DNA of 64,000 nucleotides from Solidesulfovibrio aerotolerans (lineage in GTDB: Bacteria; Desulfobacterota; Desulfovibrionia; Desulfovibrionales; Desulfovibrionaceae). The stretch covers positions 67,499 to 131,498 of the forward strand of contig NZ_WVUD01000008.1 of assembly GCF_009856865.1 (NCBI RefSeq). The letters are read 5' to 3'. Positions 44,854 through 55,544 of the stretch are shown one piece after another. A program made the translations under genes and the position numbers. Each line of letters begins with the position of its first letter. The first letter of the stretch is position 1. The notes under the pieces were generated by a model, which had not been told where the DNA came from, ran no database searches, and saw only the letters and a program-made list of their open reading frames with translations.

Positions 44854-46953
44854 CTACGCGTTGGCCTGTCCCTCTGGCGCGTCCCCGGCCGTAGCCTCCT
44901 GGGGCATGCTTGGGGCCAGAGGCTGGGTCGCCCCTGCGGGCGTAACCGCCTTGGTCATATGGTTGACCAGGAAGGCCGCAAGCAGACCGCCCAGTTCGCC
45001 GGCACCGCTGCCCTGGACCAGGACGTCGGGCGTCACCTTGATCTGGCCGTCCTTGATGCGCTCGGCCAGGGCAATGGCGGTCAGGCCGCTGCCGCCGATG
45101 ACCTTGCCCTGCAGTTCAAAGGCCTTGGCCGTGGCTTCGCCCACGGCCAGGATTTTGTTGCCCTCGGCCTCGCCCTTGGCGGTGATCCCCTTGGCTTCGC
45201 CCTCGGCCTTAAGGCGCAAGGCTTCGCCCTCGGCTTCAGCGCTCTTGATGGTGGCCTGCCGATTCTGCTCCGCCACCTTCACATTGATTTCCGAGGCGAC
45301 CAGCACTTTTTGCTGATCGGCCTCGGCCCGGGTCTTTTCCGTGGCGATGCGGGCCTGCTCCGCTTTTTGCTGTTCGGTGTACTGGGCCTGTTCCTGCTGG
45401 GCGATGATCTTTTTGGTCTGGGTGTCCATCAGATCCTGGGGCAGGGTGATCTGGCAGATGAGCACCGAAACACACTCCACATGATACTTCTCCAACTCGC
45501 TTTTGGTCCGGTCCTCGGCTTTTTTCTGTTCATCCTGGCGGTCCTGCATGAAGTTCATGGCCGAGGTGGCCGAGGCCTGGTTGCGAAAGCTCGAATCGAT
45601 CATGGGATGCACGACATGGATGATGAGGTTGTCGATGGAGCCGACCTTGGCCACCATGTACGGGGCCTGGTCGGGACGGACCCGGACCACGACCTTGACC
45701 GAGACGCCGATGGTGAAGCCGTCCTTGGAGATGACCTTGAGCGGGTCAAACCGGGTGTCCTTGGCGTCGTCCCAATCGATGGTGATGTTGGTGGTATCGA
45801 CGATATAGGGAATAAACGCCCGGCGGTTCAGGTAATACCGGCCCGGTCCGGCCACTTCTTCCTGAATGCCCCGATAGCCCTTGGGCACGACGTAGACTTC
45901 CTGGAACCCGCCGCCTTGGGGGCGGGCCGCCTGGGCTGCCCCCAGCCGTATTTTCACCTCCTGGGTGGGTTCCTCGCCCACATTGGAGACGACCACCGCC
46001 ACCTGGCCGCGTTCGACCACGGTCACACTGTCGGCCGAGACCTGGAACATCATGGGATTGATATAATAGGTGCCCGGCCGCAGGACATCGAGTTGCGGGC
46101 CGCGTTGGCCGCCTGTGTCCAGAAAGGCCTGGGCGTTTTGGAAATCGCTGTGCCCGGCCACGGACTTGGCCACGAATTCCTGCTCCGGCAGCGGCACGCC
46201 GTCCAGGGCGGTCACCAGTCCGACCATGCCCTGTTCGATCACGGTGGCGTCGGTCACGACGACCGTAAAAAGTTTCGTGTTGATCCGGTAGGTGCCGGGG
46301 AGCAGGATGTCGATTTGCGGGCCTTTCTGGCCGCCGGCTTCGAGAAAGTTCCTGCCGTTTTCGAAATTGGAATGCCCGGCGACGCGTTTGGCCAGCAGCC
46401 GGCCCGTGTCGATGGGCGCGCCGTCCTGGGCGGTGACCATGCCGATTTTGCCCTGGGGAATCTCCACGGCGGGTTCGACGCCCACCGAAAACAGGAACGG
46501 ATTGATCCGGTATTTGCCCGGGGGGAGTATCTGGATCTGCGGTCCTTTTTCCCCTTCGTTTTCTAAAAACGCCTCGCCGTCCTGGAAGGCGTCGTGCCCG
46601 GCCACCTCCTTGGCGAAGATGTTGCCCGGGGGGACCGGATTGCCGTCGATGGACTCGACCAGCCCCACGGCCCCGGTCCCTATTTCCAGGAATTCGCTCT
46701 TGGTGGCCTTGTATAAAAACGGAATCAGGAAATGCAGTCCCGGCCCCAGGGTCCGGGCCTGGACGCCGACCTCGCTTTTGCGGGCCACAACCCGGCCCTG
46801 GGGCATGTTGCGGCCAAGCCAGCGGCGCTCCAGAACGGCGATTTCCATGCCGCCCACGAGCACAACCGATTCCTTGATGATATAGTAAAGAATAATAAAG
46901 CCCATCAGCCACATTGCCAGCGAAAAATAGACCAGTATCATTTCAGCGGACAT
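44854..46953 (-). CDS. Flotillin/SPFH (band-7) family protein with three inserted tandem ~70-aa repeats and Ala/Glu-rich coiled-coil tail
   Basis: N-terminal TM, then SPFH start VVLVGGMEIAVLERR...HFLIPFLY. Repeats are AK(E/R/S)VAGH(D/S)(A/N/D)F(Q/E)(D/N)...GPQI(Q/D)(I/V)L(P/L/R)PG(K/T)YRIN. GGGAG RBS. Confidence 0.75.
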   Translation of the reverse strand: MSAEMILVYFSLAMWLMGFIILYYIIKESVVLVGGMEIAVLERRWLGRNMPQGRVVARKSEVGVQARTLGPGLHFLIPFLYKATKSEFLEIGTGAVGLVESIDGNPVPPGNIFAKEVAGHDAFQDGEAFLENEGEKGPQIQILPPGKYRINPFLFSVGVEPAVEIPQGKIGMVTAQDGAPIDTGRLLAKRVAGHSNFENGRNFLEAGGQKGPQIDILLPGTYRINTKLFTVVVTDATVIEQGMVGLVTALDGVPLPEQEFVAKSVAGHSDFQNAQAFLDTGGQRGPQLDVLRPGTYYINPMMFQVSADSVTVVERGQVAVVVSNVGEEPTQEVKIRLGAAQAARPQGGGFQEVYVVPKGYRGIQEEVAGPGRYYLNRRAFIPYIVDTTNITIDWDDAKDTRFDPLKVISKDGFTIGVSVKVVVRVRPDQAPYMVAKVGSIDNLIIHVVHPMIDSSFRNQASATSAMNFMQDRQDEQKKAEDRTKSELEKYHVECVSVLICQITLPQDLMDTQTKKIIAQQEQAQYTEQQKAEQARIATEKTRAEADQQKVLVASEINVKVAEQNRQATIKSAEAEGEALRLKAEGEAKGITAKGEAEGNKILAVGEATAKAFELQGKVIGGSGLTAIALAERIKDGQIKVTPDVLVQGSGAGELGGLLAAFLVNHMTKAVTPAGATQPLAPSMPQEATAGDAPEGQANA
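45981..46617. repeat. Intragenic tandem triplication (about 210-bp unit) encoding the flotillin repeat modules
   Basis: Three consecutive protein repeats map here. It is coding, not a CRISPR array (no spacers, in-frame). Confidence 0.6.
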
Positions 46954-46995
46954 GGTTTGTCTCCCTTATGGCGGCGACAGTGCGCGTGGCGATTT

Positions 46996-49542
46996 TTATT
47001 CGTTTCGCAGGTACGGTAAAGCTTTTTTCGAGAGCAGCCGCAGCAGTCCGGCCAGTCCCAAAAGGAGTGTCAGCCCCGTTGCAGCGGCCACGATGGCCAC
47101 GGCCGGTCCGGCAAACAGCCGAAACGGCAGTTCCATGAAAAAGGTCGTAAACCCCCAGGCAATGGCCGTGCCGACGGCCAGGGCCGTGACCCCGGCCAAC
47201 AGGCCAAGCAGGGCGTTTTCCAGCAGCAAAACGGTCAGGATGGTGCGCCGCGTGGCCCCGCAGACTTTATAGATGACCGCCTCGTAGGCCCGGCGACGCA
47301 GGCCGGCGGCCATGGTCTGCACCAAAACCAGCATGCCCGTGACCAGCGTGGCTGCCGCTGCCGCCGACACTGCGGCAGCCACCGTGTCGGCCACGGCCAG
47401 CACGTCGTTAAGCGCCTCGCCGATGCCGACGGCCGTTACGTTGGGAAAACGGTTGGTGACGGCGGCAAAGACCGCTTCGCCAGGGCCGGCCCCGGCCGCC
47501 TTGTCGGTGTAGGCCGTGGCCAAATGGGTCACCGGCGCGCCGTCAAGGGAGCCGGGCGAAAGCACAAAGACGTAGTTGATGCCAAGTGTCAGCCAGTTGA
47601 TGCGCCGCAGGCTGGCGATTGTGACTGTTATCTCCCGGCCCAGGACATTGATGGTCACGCTGTCGCCAACGGTCAGGCCAAGGCCCTTGGCCACGCCCTC
47701 GTCCATGGAGGCCAGAGGCTCCCCGGCATAGTCCGGCGGCCACCACTGCCCGGCCACGAGCTGCGTCCCTTGGGGCATGGCAGCGGCGTAGGTGAGCCCC
47801 CGGTCACCGGAAACGGCCCAGCGCGCCTCCTCCCCGACTTGGCCTTCCTCGGGCGAAACGCCCTTTATCCGCACGATGCGTCCGCGCACCATGGGCGAAG
47901 TCTCGACCCGGGTCACGCCGGGCACGGCCCGGGCCGTGGCCAGGAAGTCGGCCAACTGGTCCGGCTGGATGTCCACGAAAAAATAGTCCGGCGCGGTGCG
48001 GGGGATGTCGTGGACAAAGGCTTCGCGGAAATTGGCTTCCACTTGCGTCATGGCGCACAGGGTGGAAAGCCCCAGCCCCAGGGCGGCCAGCACGCGCCCC
48101 ACCTGATTGCCCGGCCGGACCACGGCCCGAAGGGCCAGGAAGAACAGCCCCGGCCGGGTGAGCGGGGCCAGTCGCACGAGCCATACGGCCAGTCGGGCAA
48201 AAAGCCAGAAGATGGCGGTGGCCGCAGCCGCCGCAACAACAAACCCCAGCCCCAGGCGACGGTTGGGGGTGGCGGCCACGGCCAGGGCGAGCAGGGCCGC
48301 CAGACTGAGCAGCCCCGGCAGCCGGGCGGCCAAGGGCAGCCGTTCGGCTTCAGGCTCACCGTAGCCGCGAAAAAGGACCAGGGGTGAAACCCGGCCGGCC
48401 AGGGCCAGCTGGGGCAGGGAAAAGGCCAGTACGGTCAAAAGGCCAAAGGCGGCGGCTACGGCCAGGGCCGCAGGATAGGGGCCGGGCGGCAGGGATACCG
48501 GCAAGAGATTCCCGGCCAAAGGCCCGAGCAGCGCCGGCACGGCCGCCCCCAGGGCCAGACCCAGGGCGATGCCCAGACACCCCTGGGCGCCAACGGCCAG
48601 CAGATAGGCGGTCACGACCACCCGGCGCGGCGCGCCCAGGCATTTGAGCGCCGCAATGGAGGTGGACCGCCCGGCCAGATAGCCGGCCACGGCCTGGGAG
48701 ACGCCGATGCCGCCGAGAAGCAGCGAGGCCAGCCCCACCAGCCCGGTGACGGCGGCCAGACGGTCCATAAAGCGGGTCAGGCCCGGTTGGGCCGAGGACA
48801 GGTCGCGCACCCGCCAGCCGGAGGCGGGAAAGGCGTCGCGCAGCTCCTTGGCCAGGGCCGCAGCGTTCGCCCCTGGGGGAAGTTTTACGCGGTAGGCATG
48901 GCGGGTGAACGTGCTTGGGGTATTCAGGCCCGCCGTGTCCAGGGCAGCCAGGGAGACAAGCAGGCGCGGCCCCAGCACCGACAGGCCGGCCGAAGCGTCG
49001 GGGTCGCGGACCAGGGTGGCGCGCACCACAAAGGCGGCGTCGGCAATCTCTAGGACATCGCCAAGGCCGGCCCCCAGGCGGGCCAGCAGTTGGGGGGCCA
49101 CGACAGCTCCCGGCAGCCCGTCGCGAACGGCCAAAGCCTCGGCCAGGGGCAGGGGCGGGTCCAGGGTCACGGTTCCGTAGAGGGGATAGGCGGCGTCGGC
49201 CGCGCGCAAGGAGGCCAGCCCCCGTTTGCCCGGGGAGTCCTGGCGACGGACCATGACCTGCATGGAAACAAGGTGGGAGGTCGGCCCCAGGCGGGTTAGC
49301 GCGGCCAGCTCGTCCGGGGCGGCCGCACGCAGGGACAGGCTGGCTTCGATGTCGCCGCCCAGAAGCGCCGCCGCATCGGCCGCCACCCCGGCGGCATAGG
49401 CGGCCGACAGGCTGCGCACCCCGGCCACGGCGGCCACGCCCAGGGCCATACAGGCCAAAAATATGCCGAACCCGCGCAACCCGGCGCGTAGTTCCCGCCG
49501 GGCCAGCCGGGCAGCCAGCTTGAGATCGTCAAAAAAAGTCAT
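46996..49542 (-). CDS. FtsX-like ABC transporter permease with two FtsX domains (YbbP/MacB-type); no cognate ATPase in window
   Basis: 847 aa. Start [19 protein letters not shown]. Two 4-TM FtsX modules separated by periplasmic domains. Confidence 0.75.
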   Translation of the reverse strand: MTFFDDLKLAARLARRELRAGLRGFGIFLACMALGVAAVAGVRSLSAAYAAGVAADAAALLGGDIEASLSLRAAAPDELAALTRLGPTSHLVSMQVMVRRQDSPGKRGLASLRAADAAYPLYGTVTLDPPLPLAEALAVRDGLPGAVVAPQLLARLGAGLGDVLEIADAAFVVRATLVRDPDASAGLSVLGPRLLVSLAALDTAGLNTPSTFTRHAYRVKLPPGANAAALAKELRDAFPASGWRVRDLSSAQPGLTRFMDRLAAVTGLVGLASLLLGGIGVSQAVAGYLAGRSTSIAALKCLGAPRRVVVTAYLLAVGAQGCLGIALGLALGAAVPALLGPLAGNLLPVSLPPGPYPAALAVAAAFGLLTVLAFSLPQLALAGRVSPLVLFRGYGEPEAERLPLAARLPGLLSLAALLALAVAATPNRRLGLGFVVAAAAATAIFWLFARLAVWLVRLAPLTRPGLFFLALRAVVRPGNQVGRVLAALGLGLSTLCAMTQVEANFREAFVHDIPRTAPDYFFVDIQPDQLADFLATARAVPGVTRVETSPMVRGRIVRIKGVSPEEGQVGEEARWAVSGDRGLTYAAAMPQGTQLVAGQWWPPDYAGEPLASMDEGVAKGLGLTVGDSVTINVLGREITVTIASLRRINWLTLGINYVFVLSPGSLDGAPVTHLATAYTDKAAGAGPGEAVFAAVTNRFPNVTAVGIGEALNDVLAVADTVAAAVSAAAAATLVTGMLVLVQTMAAGLRRRAYEAVIYKVCGATRRTILTVLLLENALLGLLAGVTALAVGTAIAWGFTTFFMELPFRLFAGPAVAIVAAATGLTLLLGLAGLLRLLSKKALPYLRNE

Positions 49543-49751
49543 GCCGCACACCTTTCATGCCCGGATTGCTACGGGAAAAGTTGCCGGCGGTCCACGCTTG
49601 TCCACAAAAACGCCTTTGCGGGCATTGCAACGCGCTTGGAAATAAGCCAAACATAAACAATCCGTGGACGACAGTGAGAGCGTCCCGGATTTTGCCCGGA
49701 ATCAATGGCGCGGGATACCACAATGTCATGGGGAGGCCGGCAGTGAAGAAT

Positions 49752-51776
49752 ATGAAGCTTGGGGTCAAAATCAGCATCGGGTTTGGACTTTTGATCGCCA
49801 TCGCCTGTCTGCTGGGGGGCATGGCTGTCGTCAATATGAACAGCGTGGAAGGCCAGTCCACCCGGTTGGTCAAGGAATACATACCGGAACTGGCCATTGC
49901 CAACAGCGTCGAGCGGGCTACTTTGCAGATGATGGTCGAAATGCGCAGCTACGGCTACACGGAAGATAAAAAGCAATATGAAGCCGGCATGCGCTCCCTG
50001 GCCGAGCTCAAGCGCTCCCTGGCCGAGGCCAAGGCCCATGCGGACAAATATCCGCTCCTGGTGAAGCTGCGGGAAGACTCGGCCAAGGCCCTGGCCAAGA
50101 CGACGGAATATGAAAAGCTTCTCAATGACACGGTCTCCCGCATCGACGCCATTGCCGGCGTGCGCAAGGTCCTGGACGTTGCGGCCGGCGAGATCGTCAA
50201 AAACAGCGAGGCCTATCTCGACAGCCAGCAGAAGCGACTCCGCGAGGAGATCGGTAAAAACGCCGGGGCCGAGGCCCTCCAGGAACGGGCGGAGAAGATC
50301 GACAACGCCGCCCAGGCCATCAGCCAGATCACGGCTATCCGCGTGGGCAACTACCGCGGCCAGCTTTTCCGCGATCCGAAATATATTGATGAAGCAGTCA
50401 AGGCTTTTGCCGGTCTGGACCAAGCCCTTGACGCCATCCGGGCCAAGACCCGCGAGGAAGTCAATCTGCGCCAGCTGGCCGCCATCAAGGACGGCTCCCA
50501 GAAATACCGTCAGGCCCTGCTGGATTTCCAGGATAACTTCAAAGCCCTGCAGGATATCGCCGCCAAGCGTCTGGACGCGGGCAACAGCGTCCAGGAAGCG
50601 GCCGAGGAAACGGCCAAGGCCGCCATGGACGCCACCCAGAAGATCGCAGAAGGCGCCGTGTCCAGCCTGTCCACGGCCTCGTCGGTCATGCTCGGCGGGC
50701 TGGCCGTGGCCTTGCTCCTGGGCATCATCATCGCCATCCTCTTGACCAAGGCCATCACCGGGCCGGTTATCAAGGGTGTGAGCTTTGCCAAGGCCATGGC
50801 CGAGGGCGATTTCACCCGCCTGCTCGACATCGATCAGAAAGATGAGATGGGCGTGCTGGCCGCATCGCTCAATGAAATGGTGGGCAAGCTGCGCGAAGTG
50901 GTGGCCGAGGTGCAGTCGGCCTCGGAAAACGTGGCCTCAGGCTCTGAAGAGCTGTCCGCCTCGGCCCAGAGCATGTCCCAGGGAGCCACGGAACAGGCCG
51001 CCAGCGTCGAGGAGATTTCCTCGTCCATGGAGGAGATGAGCTCCAACATCAAGCAGAACGCTGAAAACGCCCAGCAGACCCAGTCCATTGCCGTCAAGGC
51101 TGCCCAGGACGCCCGCGAAGGCGGCGAAGCCGTGATTTCGGCCGTGGCGGCCATGAAAAATATCGCGGAAAAGATTTCCATTATTGAGGAAATCGCCCGC
51201 CAGACCAATCTGCTGGCCCTAAACGCCGCCATTGAGGCCGCCCGGGCCGGCGAGCACGGCAAGGGCTTTGCCGTGGTTGCCGCCGAGGTCCGCAAACTGG
51301 CCGAACGCAGCGGTTCCGCCGCAGCCGAGATTTCCGATCTGTCCTCCTCCAGCGTGCGGGTGGCCGAGCAGGCCGGCTCCATGCTGACCAAGATGGTGCC
51401 CGACATCCAGCGCACCGCCGATCTGGTCCAGGAGATCGCGGCCGCCAGCCAGGAGCAGAATTCCGGTGCCGACCAGATCAACCGGGCCATCCAGCAGCTT
51501 GATCAGGTGGTGCAGCAAAACGCCTCGGCATCCGAGGAAATGGCCTCCACCTCGGAAGAGTTGTCCAGCCAGGCCGAACAGCTCCAGTCCACCATGGCCT
51601 TTTTCCGGGTGGACGGGGGCATGGCCAGACGCACCAGCAACCGTCCGATCAAGGCGCTGCCGGCAGCGACCCGCCGACCGGCACCGGCCCGGCGTCCGGC
51701 GACCCAGGCCAAGCCCGCTGCCGGCGGCGTGGGCATCAATCTCGATGACAAGGACGACGATTTCGAGCGCTTCTAG
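49752..51776 (+). CDS. Methyl-accepting chemotaxis protein (periplasmic helical sensor, HAMP, MA domain)
   Basis: TM1 [25 protein letters not shown] domain [37 protein letters not shown]. The start choice among three ATGs is uncertain. Confidence 0.75.
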   Translation: MKLGVKISIGFGLLIAIACLLGGMAVVNMNSVEGQSTRLVKEYIPELAIANSVERATLQMMVEMRSYGYTEDKKQYEAGMRSLAELKRSLAEAKAHADKYPLLVKLREDSAKALAKTTEYEKLLNDTVSRIDAIAGVRKVLDVAAGEIVKNSEAYLDSQQKRLREEIGKNAGAEALQERAEKIDNAAQAISQITAIRVGNYRGQLFRDPKYIDEAVKAFAGLDQALDAIRAKTREEVNLRQLAAIKDGSQKYRQALLDFQDNFKALQDIAAKRLDAGNSVQEAAEETAKAAMDATQKIAEGAVSSLSTASSVMLGGLAVALLLGIIIAILLTKAITGPVIKGVSFAKAMAEGDFTRLLDIDQKDEMGVLAASLNEMVGKLREVVAEVQSASENVASGSEELSASAQSMSQGATEQAASVEEISSSMEEMSSNIKQNAENAQQTQSIAVKAAQDAREGGEAVISAVAAMKNIAEKISIIEEIARQTNLLALNAAIEAARAGEHGKGFAVVAAEVRKLAERSGSAAAEISDLSSSSVRVAEQAGSMLTKMVPDIQRTADLVQEIAAASQEQNSGADQINRAIQQLDQVVQQNASASEEMASTSEELSSQAEQLQSTMAFFRVDGGMARRTSNRPIKALPAATRRPAPARRPATQAKPAAGGVGINLDDKDDDFERF

Positions 51777-51810
51777 CCGTAGCGGCTGTTGGAAAACGAT
51801 TTGCCAGACC

Positions 51811-51845
51811 GGGGCCGGACACAGACGTGTCCGGCCCTTTTTTCT
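51811..51845 (+). terminator. Rho-independent terminator after the MCP gene
   Basis: GGCCGGACA-cagacg-TGTCCGGCC followed by CTTTTTTC. Confidence 0.7.
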
Positions 51846-51957
51846 TGTTATGTGCCGGCAGGCGGGTGCCCCCTTGACGGGACCCGCCCGAGCGGTTTTG
51901 GCGGGTACCTCGGAGCCGGTGGCGGGAACGTTGGGGCGGGATTTTCGTGGGGCGGGA

Positions 51958-54468
51958 CTAGATGTTGCACACGGGGCTTTTCCCCGCCGTCAGGCTGGTG
52001 ATGGCCGCACGCAACTCGGCGATATCCACGGGCTTGGCCACGTAGCCATTCATGCCGGCGGCCAGGAATTTTTCCCTGTCGCCGGTCATGGCGTAGGCCG
52101 TCATGGCGATGATGGGGATGTCTGCCGTATCCGGTCCGGCACGCCCGGCGCGGATCGCCCGGGTGGCCGCCACTCCGTCCATGACCGGCATCTGGATGTC
52201 CATAAGGATCAGATCGAAGGGCTGCTCTGTCAGCCGCGCCAGAGCTTCCCGGCCATCCACGGCCGTACACACCACGTACCCGGACTTTTCCAGCAGCCGC
52301 TTGCCGGCGAGCAGGCTCACCGCGTCATCTTCGGCAAAAAGGATGCGCAATGCGCCTTGCCCAGCGTCATCCTCAGGCTGCTGCGTGCTTTTTTGCGCCT
52401 GCCCCGGCAAGACGTTGGGGAGCGTGAACGGCAAGGAGAGATACATGGTCGTGCCCACGCCCTCGGTGCTGTCCACAGCGAGGGTGCCCCCCAGCAGGGC
52501 CACCAGTTTGCGCACAATGGAGAGTCCAAGCCCTGCCCCCTGGAAGCGGCGGGTGTAGGAACCCTCGGCCTGGGTGAATGGCTCGAAAATAGTGTGCAGG
52601 AGTGCGTCGGCGATGCCGATACCGGTGTCGGAAATGGCAAAGAGGACGCGCAAGAGGCCGTTTTGCAGGCCAAGGGGCGTCACTTCGACGCGGACCCCGC
52701 CCGTGTCCGTGAATTTGATGGCGTTGCCGATCAGGTTAAAAAGAATTTGTTGCAGCCGGGACTGGTCCCCGACCAGGCACGGCGGCAGGCGCGCATCAAG
52801 GGTAAAATCCAGGGCCAGGCCTTTCTCTTTGGCCTCCAGCGCGAAAATATCCAAGGCTGCTTCCCGCTGGCCGGCGAGGGTGAAGGGCGCTTGGCGCAGC
52901 ACGATCAGCCCGGCCTCGACCCTGGACAAGTCGAGGATGTCGGACAGCAGGCGCGTTAAGCGAACCGTGGATTTGACGGCGGTGACCAGATATTCCTTTT
53001 GCTCGTCGTCAAGGGTGGTGCTGCCCATGAGTTGGAGCATGCCGAGAATCCCGTTGAGTGGCGTGCGGATCTCATGGCTCATGTTGGCCAGGAATTCGGA
53101 TTTGGCTTTATTGGCCGAATCAGCCGCCTGTCTGGCCTTTATGAGGTCTTCGATGTCGATTTCGATGCCGTCCCAGACGATGTGGCTGCTCAGCAACCGC
53201 CGCGGCGCGGAGGTGAAATACCGCCAGCGCGTCTCGCCGGAAGGCATGGTGACCCGGACCTCGGCGCTAAATATGGACATGTGTTCGAGGGCAAGGGCTT
53301 CCCGTTCGACAATGATACGCCGGTCCTGGTCGGAGATCTGGCCATAGAGGCATTGCGCGTCGGCCAGGGCCTGGGCCGGGCTTACGCCATGCAGGGCGGC
53401 CACGCCGGCGCTGACGTAGGTGAAGCGGCGTTCGTTGCCAGCAGCCCCGAAGTCCAGTTGATAGACCATGCCATTGGGGAGGTTGTCGCTTAAGGATGCG
53501 AGCTGGGCTTCGCGCTCCCACAAGGCGGTTTCGGCCTTGTCGCGATCAAGGATGCGCCACACGGAATCCATGAGCAGCGTGAGCTGGCAGACATCGGTTG
53601 GCGTGTACGCGCCGTTTTTATTGGCCACGCCGACAACCGCAACGATGGTTTCTCCCTTAAAAATCGGGATTGTCATGAAGGAGTGCAGGGGGGCATGGCC
53701 AGGGGGATAGCCTCGCTTGAACGGATTGGGCGCATGAAAATCGTTTACGATGATCGGCTTGCGTTGTCGCACCGCTTCACCCCAGAGACCGGTTTCGTCG
53801 AGGGCGTAGCTGGTTTCCGGCGAGGTGATGGTGCAGGCCTCCATGACGTCTTTGGTCCAGGAGTTCAGCAGAAAACGTCTGTGCGCCTCGTCGTAGTGGT
53901 ACAGATAGCCAAATTTGCTGCCGGTGAGCCGGATCGCCTCGTCCAGGGTGAAATCCAAAAAATCCTGCGAGCAGGTAAACGGATGTTGGAGGATGTGGAC
54001 AAGCCCCAGCAGCCAATCTTCGTTGCGGCGGATGGCGTCCTCAGCCTGCCTTCTCTGGGTGACCTCCCGTTCCAGTTCGCTGTTTCTGGCTTCGAGCTGG
54101 CTCGTGCGTTCGGCGATTTGTTCCGCAAGGTCGTTTTGTTTGTCCTGGAGCTGTTGTTGTTGCTCCAGCCGTTCCAGGAGCAGGGCCAGCATGCTGACGG
54201 CATTGCCGAGCAGCTGGTGCTGCTGGGCTGGCAGGGCGGCCATGTCCCCCTGGACCAGGAAGCCGCCGTAATGCGCTGTCATGGTGTCGAGGTTGAGCGT
54301 TGCTGCCGCATCTTGGGCCGGGTCAGCCGTATAGGCCAGGCAAAGCCCTGGCCACAGCGCGTCCACGGCTTCGGTGAAGACCCTGATGACCAGTTTTCTG
54401 TCCGAGAATTGCGCCAGGTTGAGCAGGAGCAGGAACAGATCGTGCGCGATGTCTTTCGTGTCAGCCAC
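51958..54468 (-). CDS. Cytoplasmic hybrid sensor histidine kinase (GAF/PAS, HisKA, HATPase_c, C-terminal receiver)
   Basis: HisKA MSHEIRTPLNGILG. HATPase GNAIKFT...DTGIGI...GAGLGLSIV. Receiver ILFAEDDAVS...LILMDIQMPVMDG...AKP. No TM segments. A GTG start is proposed at VADTKDIAHD (54468), overlapping the upstream stop (GTGGCTGA). The Ser/Pro-rich extension in the ORF track is rejected. Confidence 0.75.
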   Translation of the reverse strand: MADTKDIAHDLFLLLLNLAQFSDRKLVIRVFTEAVDALWPGLCLAYTADPAQDAAATLNLDTMTAHYGGFLVQGDMAALPAQQHQLLGNAVSMLALLLERLEQQQQLQDKQNDLAEQIAERTSQLEARNSELEREVTQRRQAEDAIRRNEDWLLGLVHILQHPFTCSQDFLDFTLDEAIRLTGSKFGYLYHYDEAHRRFLLNSWTKDVMEACTITSPETSYALDETGLWGEAVRQRKPIIVNDFHAPNPFKRGYPPGHAPLHSFMTIPIFKGETIVAVVGVANKNGAYTPTDVCQLTLLMDSVWRILDRDKAETALWEREAQLASLSDNLPNGMVYQLDFGAAGNERRFTYVSAGVAALHGVSPAQALADAQCLYGQISDQDRRIIVEREALALEHMSIFSAEVRVTMPSGETRWRYFTSAPRRLLSSHIVWDGIEIDIEDLIKARQAADSANKAKSEFLANMSHEIRTPLNGILGMLQLMGSTTLDDEQKEYLVTAVKSTVRLTRLLSDILDLSRVEAGLIVLRQAPFTLAGQREAALDIFALEAKEKGLALDFTLDARLPPCLVGDQSRLQQILFNLIGNAIKFTDTGGVRVEVTPLGLQNGLLRVLFAISDTGIGIADALLHTIFEPFTQAEGSYTRRFQGAGLGLSIVRKLVALLGGTLAVDSTEGVGTTMYLSLPFTLPNVLPGQAQKSTQQPEDDAGQGALRILFAEDDAVSLLAGKRLLEKSGYVVCTAVDGREALARLTEQPFDLILMDIQMPVMDGVAATRAIRAGRAGPDTADIPIIAMTAYAMTGDREKFLAAGMNGYVAKPVDIAELRAAITSLTAGKSPVCNI

Positions 54469-55114
54469 GGCGGAGGAACTCAGGGGCGTTTTTGGCCAGC
54501 CAGATATCCGGGTCTTGGAAAAAAGGATTCTGGGTGACGACGCCTTGGCTGATGGTGTACGGATGGGTTTGCAAGACCTGCATGATGGTCTTGCCATCAA
54601 ATTTGGTGACATCGTAGAGGCAGATGCTGATCCAGGGCTTTGCGTTAATAAAGTAGTTGAGCCGGGACTCATAGGCCATCAGATTGTCCACGCCGGGGAT
54701 GGCCTCCAGCGCCCAGTCCATTTCCGCGGCGGCCCGGACGTTTCTTTTCCCGTCCCGTTGGCTTTTTTCAAAAATAGCGTTCAAACTGTCGTCCATGGCC
54801 CAGGGCGAGAATTTTCCGTCAGGATAATAGAGCGTCTTGGCGGAAAGAATCTGCAGGCGTGTGGTGTCAGCCATATGCTTTTCGCAATGCGGACAATGCT
54901 TTGGGAATTCGTGCAGAAAGTCTTCAGGGGTCCGCTCGACGGGACAGTGGCACTGGAGATCGCCGGCCAGCATCCCCTGGGCAAGATAGCCCATAATGAT
55001 GGCGTCTCGCTCTGCTTGCGTTTCGTACAGACCGCAAAAATGGGTGCCCCAGTTGCAGGTGTAGTTCCCGAAACCGAGGTCGAGGGCTGGCTGTCCTGAC
55101 GTAGTGATATGCAT
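54461..55114 (-). CDS. MEDS-domain protein (DcmR-type sensory domain) with Cys/His-rich insert, coupled to the hybrid kinase
   Basis: GTHFCGLYETQAERDAIIMGYLAQGM is the MEDS-like core. QCHCPVERTPEDFLHEFPKHCPHCEKH is a putative metal site. Start at MHITTSG with AGGAG 7 nt upstream. The family call is from memory. Confidence 0.55.
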   Translation of the reverse strand: MHITTSGQPALDLGFGNYTCNWGTHFCGLYETQAERDAIIMGYLAQGMLAGDLQCHCPVERTPEDFLHEFPKHCPHCEKHMADTTRLQILSAKTLYYPDGKFSPWAMDDSLNAIFEKSQRDGKRNVRAAAEMDWALEAIPGVDNLMAYESRLNYFINAKPWISICLYDVTKFDGKTIMQVLQTHPYTISQGVVTQNPFFQDPDIWLAKNAPEFLRRG

Positions 55115-55544
55115 GGCCATGCTCCTGGTCGCAAACGGAAACTCAATACATGGTGTCGTATTGCGACACTGCCGGTCCCGTCAGGCGGGGAGAGGTCGCG
55201 CAGCAATGCCGTCAAGTCCTTGGCAGAGTATGCGGCAGATCAAAGTCGGAATCAATACAATTACGTCCGGCGGCGGTAGGTCGCTTACGAAGGGAGTGGT
55301 TTTGGCCCATGCAGGCGGACAGTATTTATGGGAACTGTCTTCACATACTTTTGCGCTCAAAGTGGCAATACCAATGCTCTTGAAATGCTGTGCTGCCTTG
55401 CAGGGTTGCTTGGCCACCGGCCAGCGGCAGGCAAGCTGGCCGGGTGAACTGGCCGGGCAAACCAACGCAAACGGGGGGCCACTTGGCCCCCCGTTTGCGT
55501 TATTCGTCATAGTGCCTGCGCGGACAGGCTTTCTGCAAGCGCGC

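Noticed and set aside
45981-46617. Tandem DNA repeats considered as a possible CRISPR array
   Set aside because: The units are about 210 bp, in-frame and coding (flotillin repeat modules). There are no short spacers and no cas genes.
54469-54672. Ser/Pro-rich N-terminal extension of the histidine kinase ORF
   Set aside because: It overlaps the MEDS gene out of frame and does not look like protein. The GTG at 54468 couples to the upstream stop.
55363-55378. Sigma-54-like motif TGGCAATACCAATGCT (GG-N10-GC) on plus strand
   Set aside because: No credible plus-strand gene lies downstream. The neighbouring genes are on the minus strand. Likely chance.
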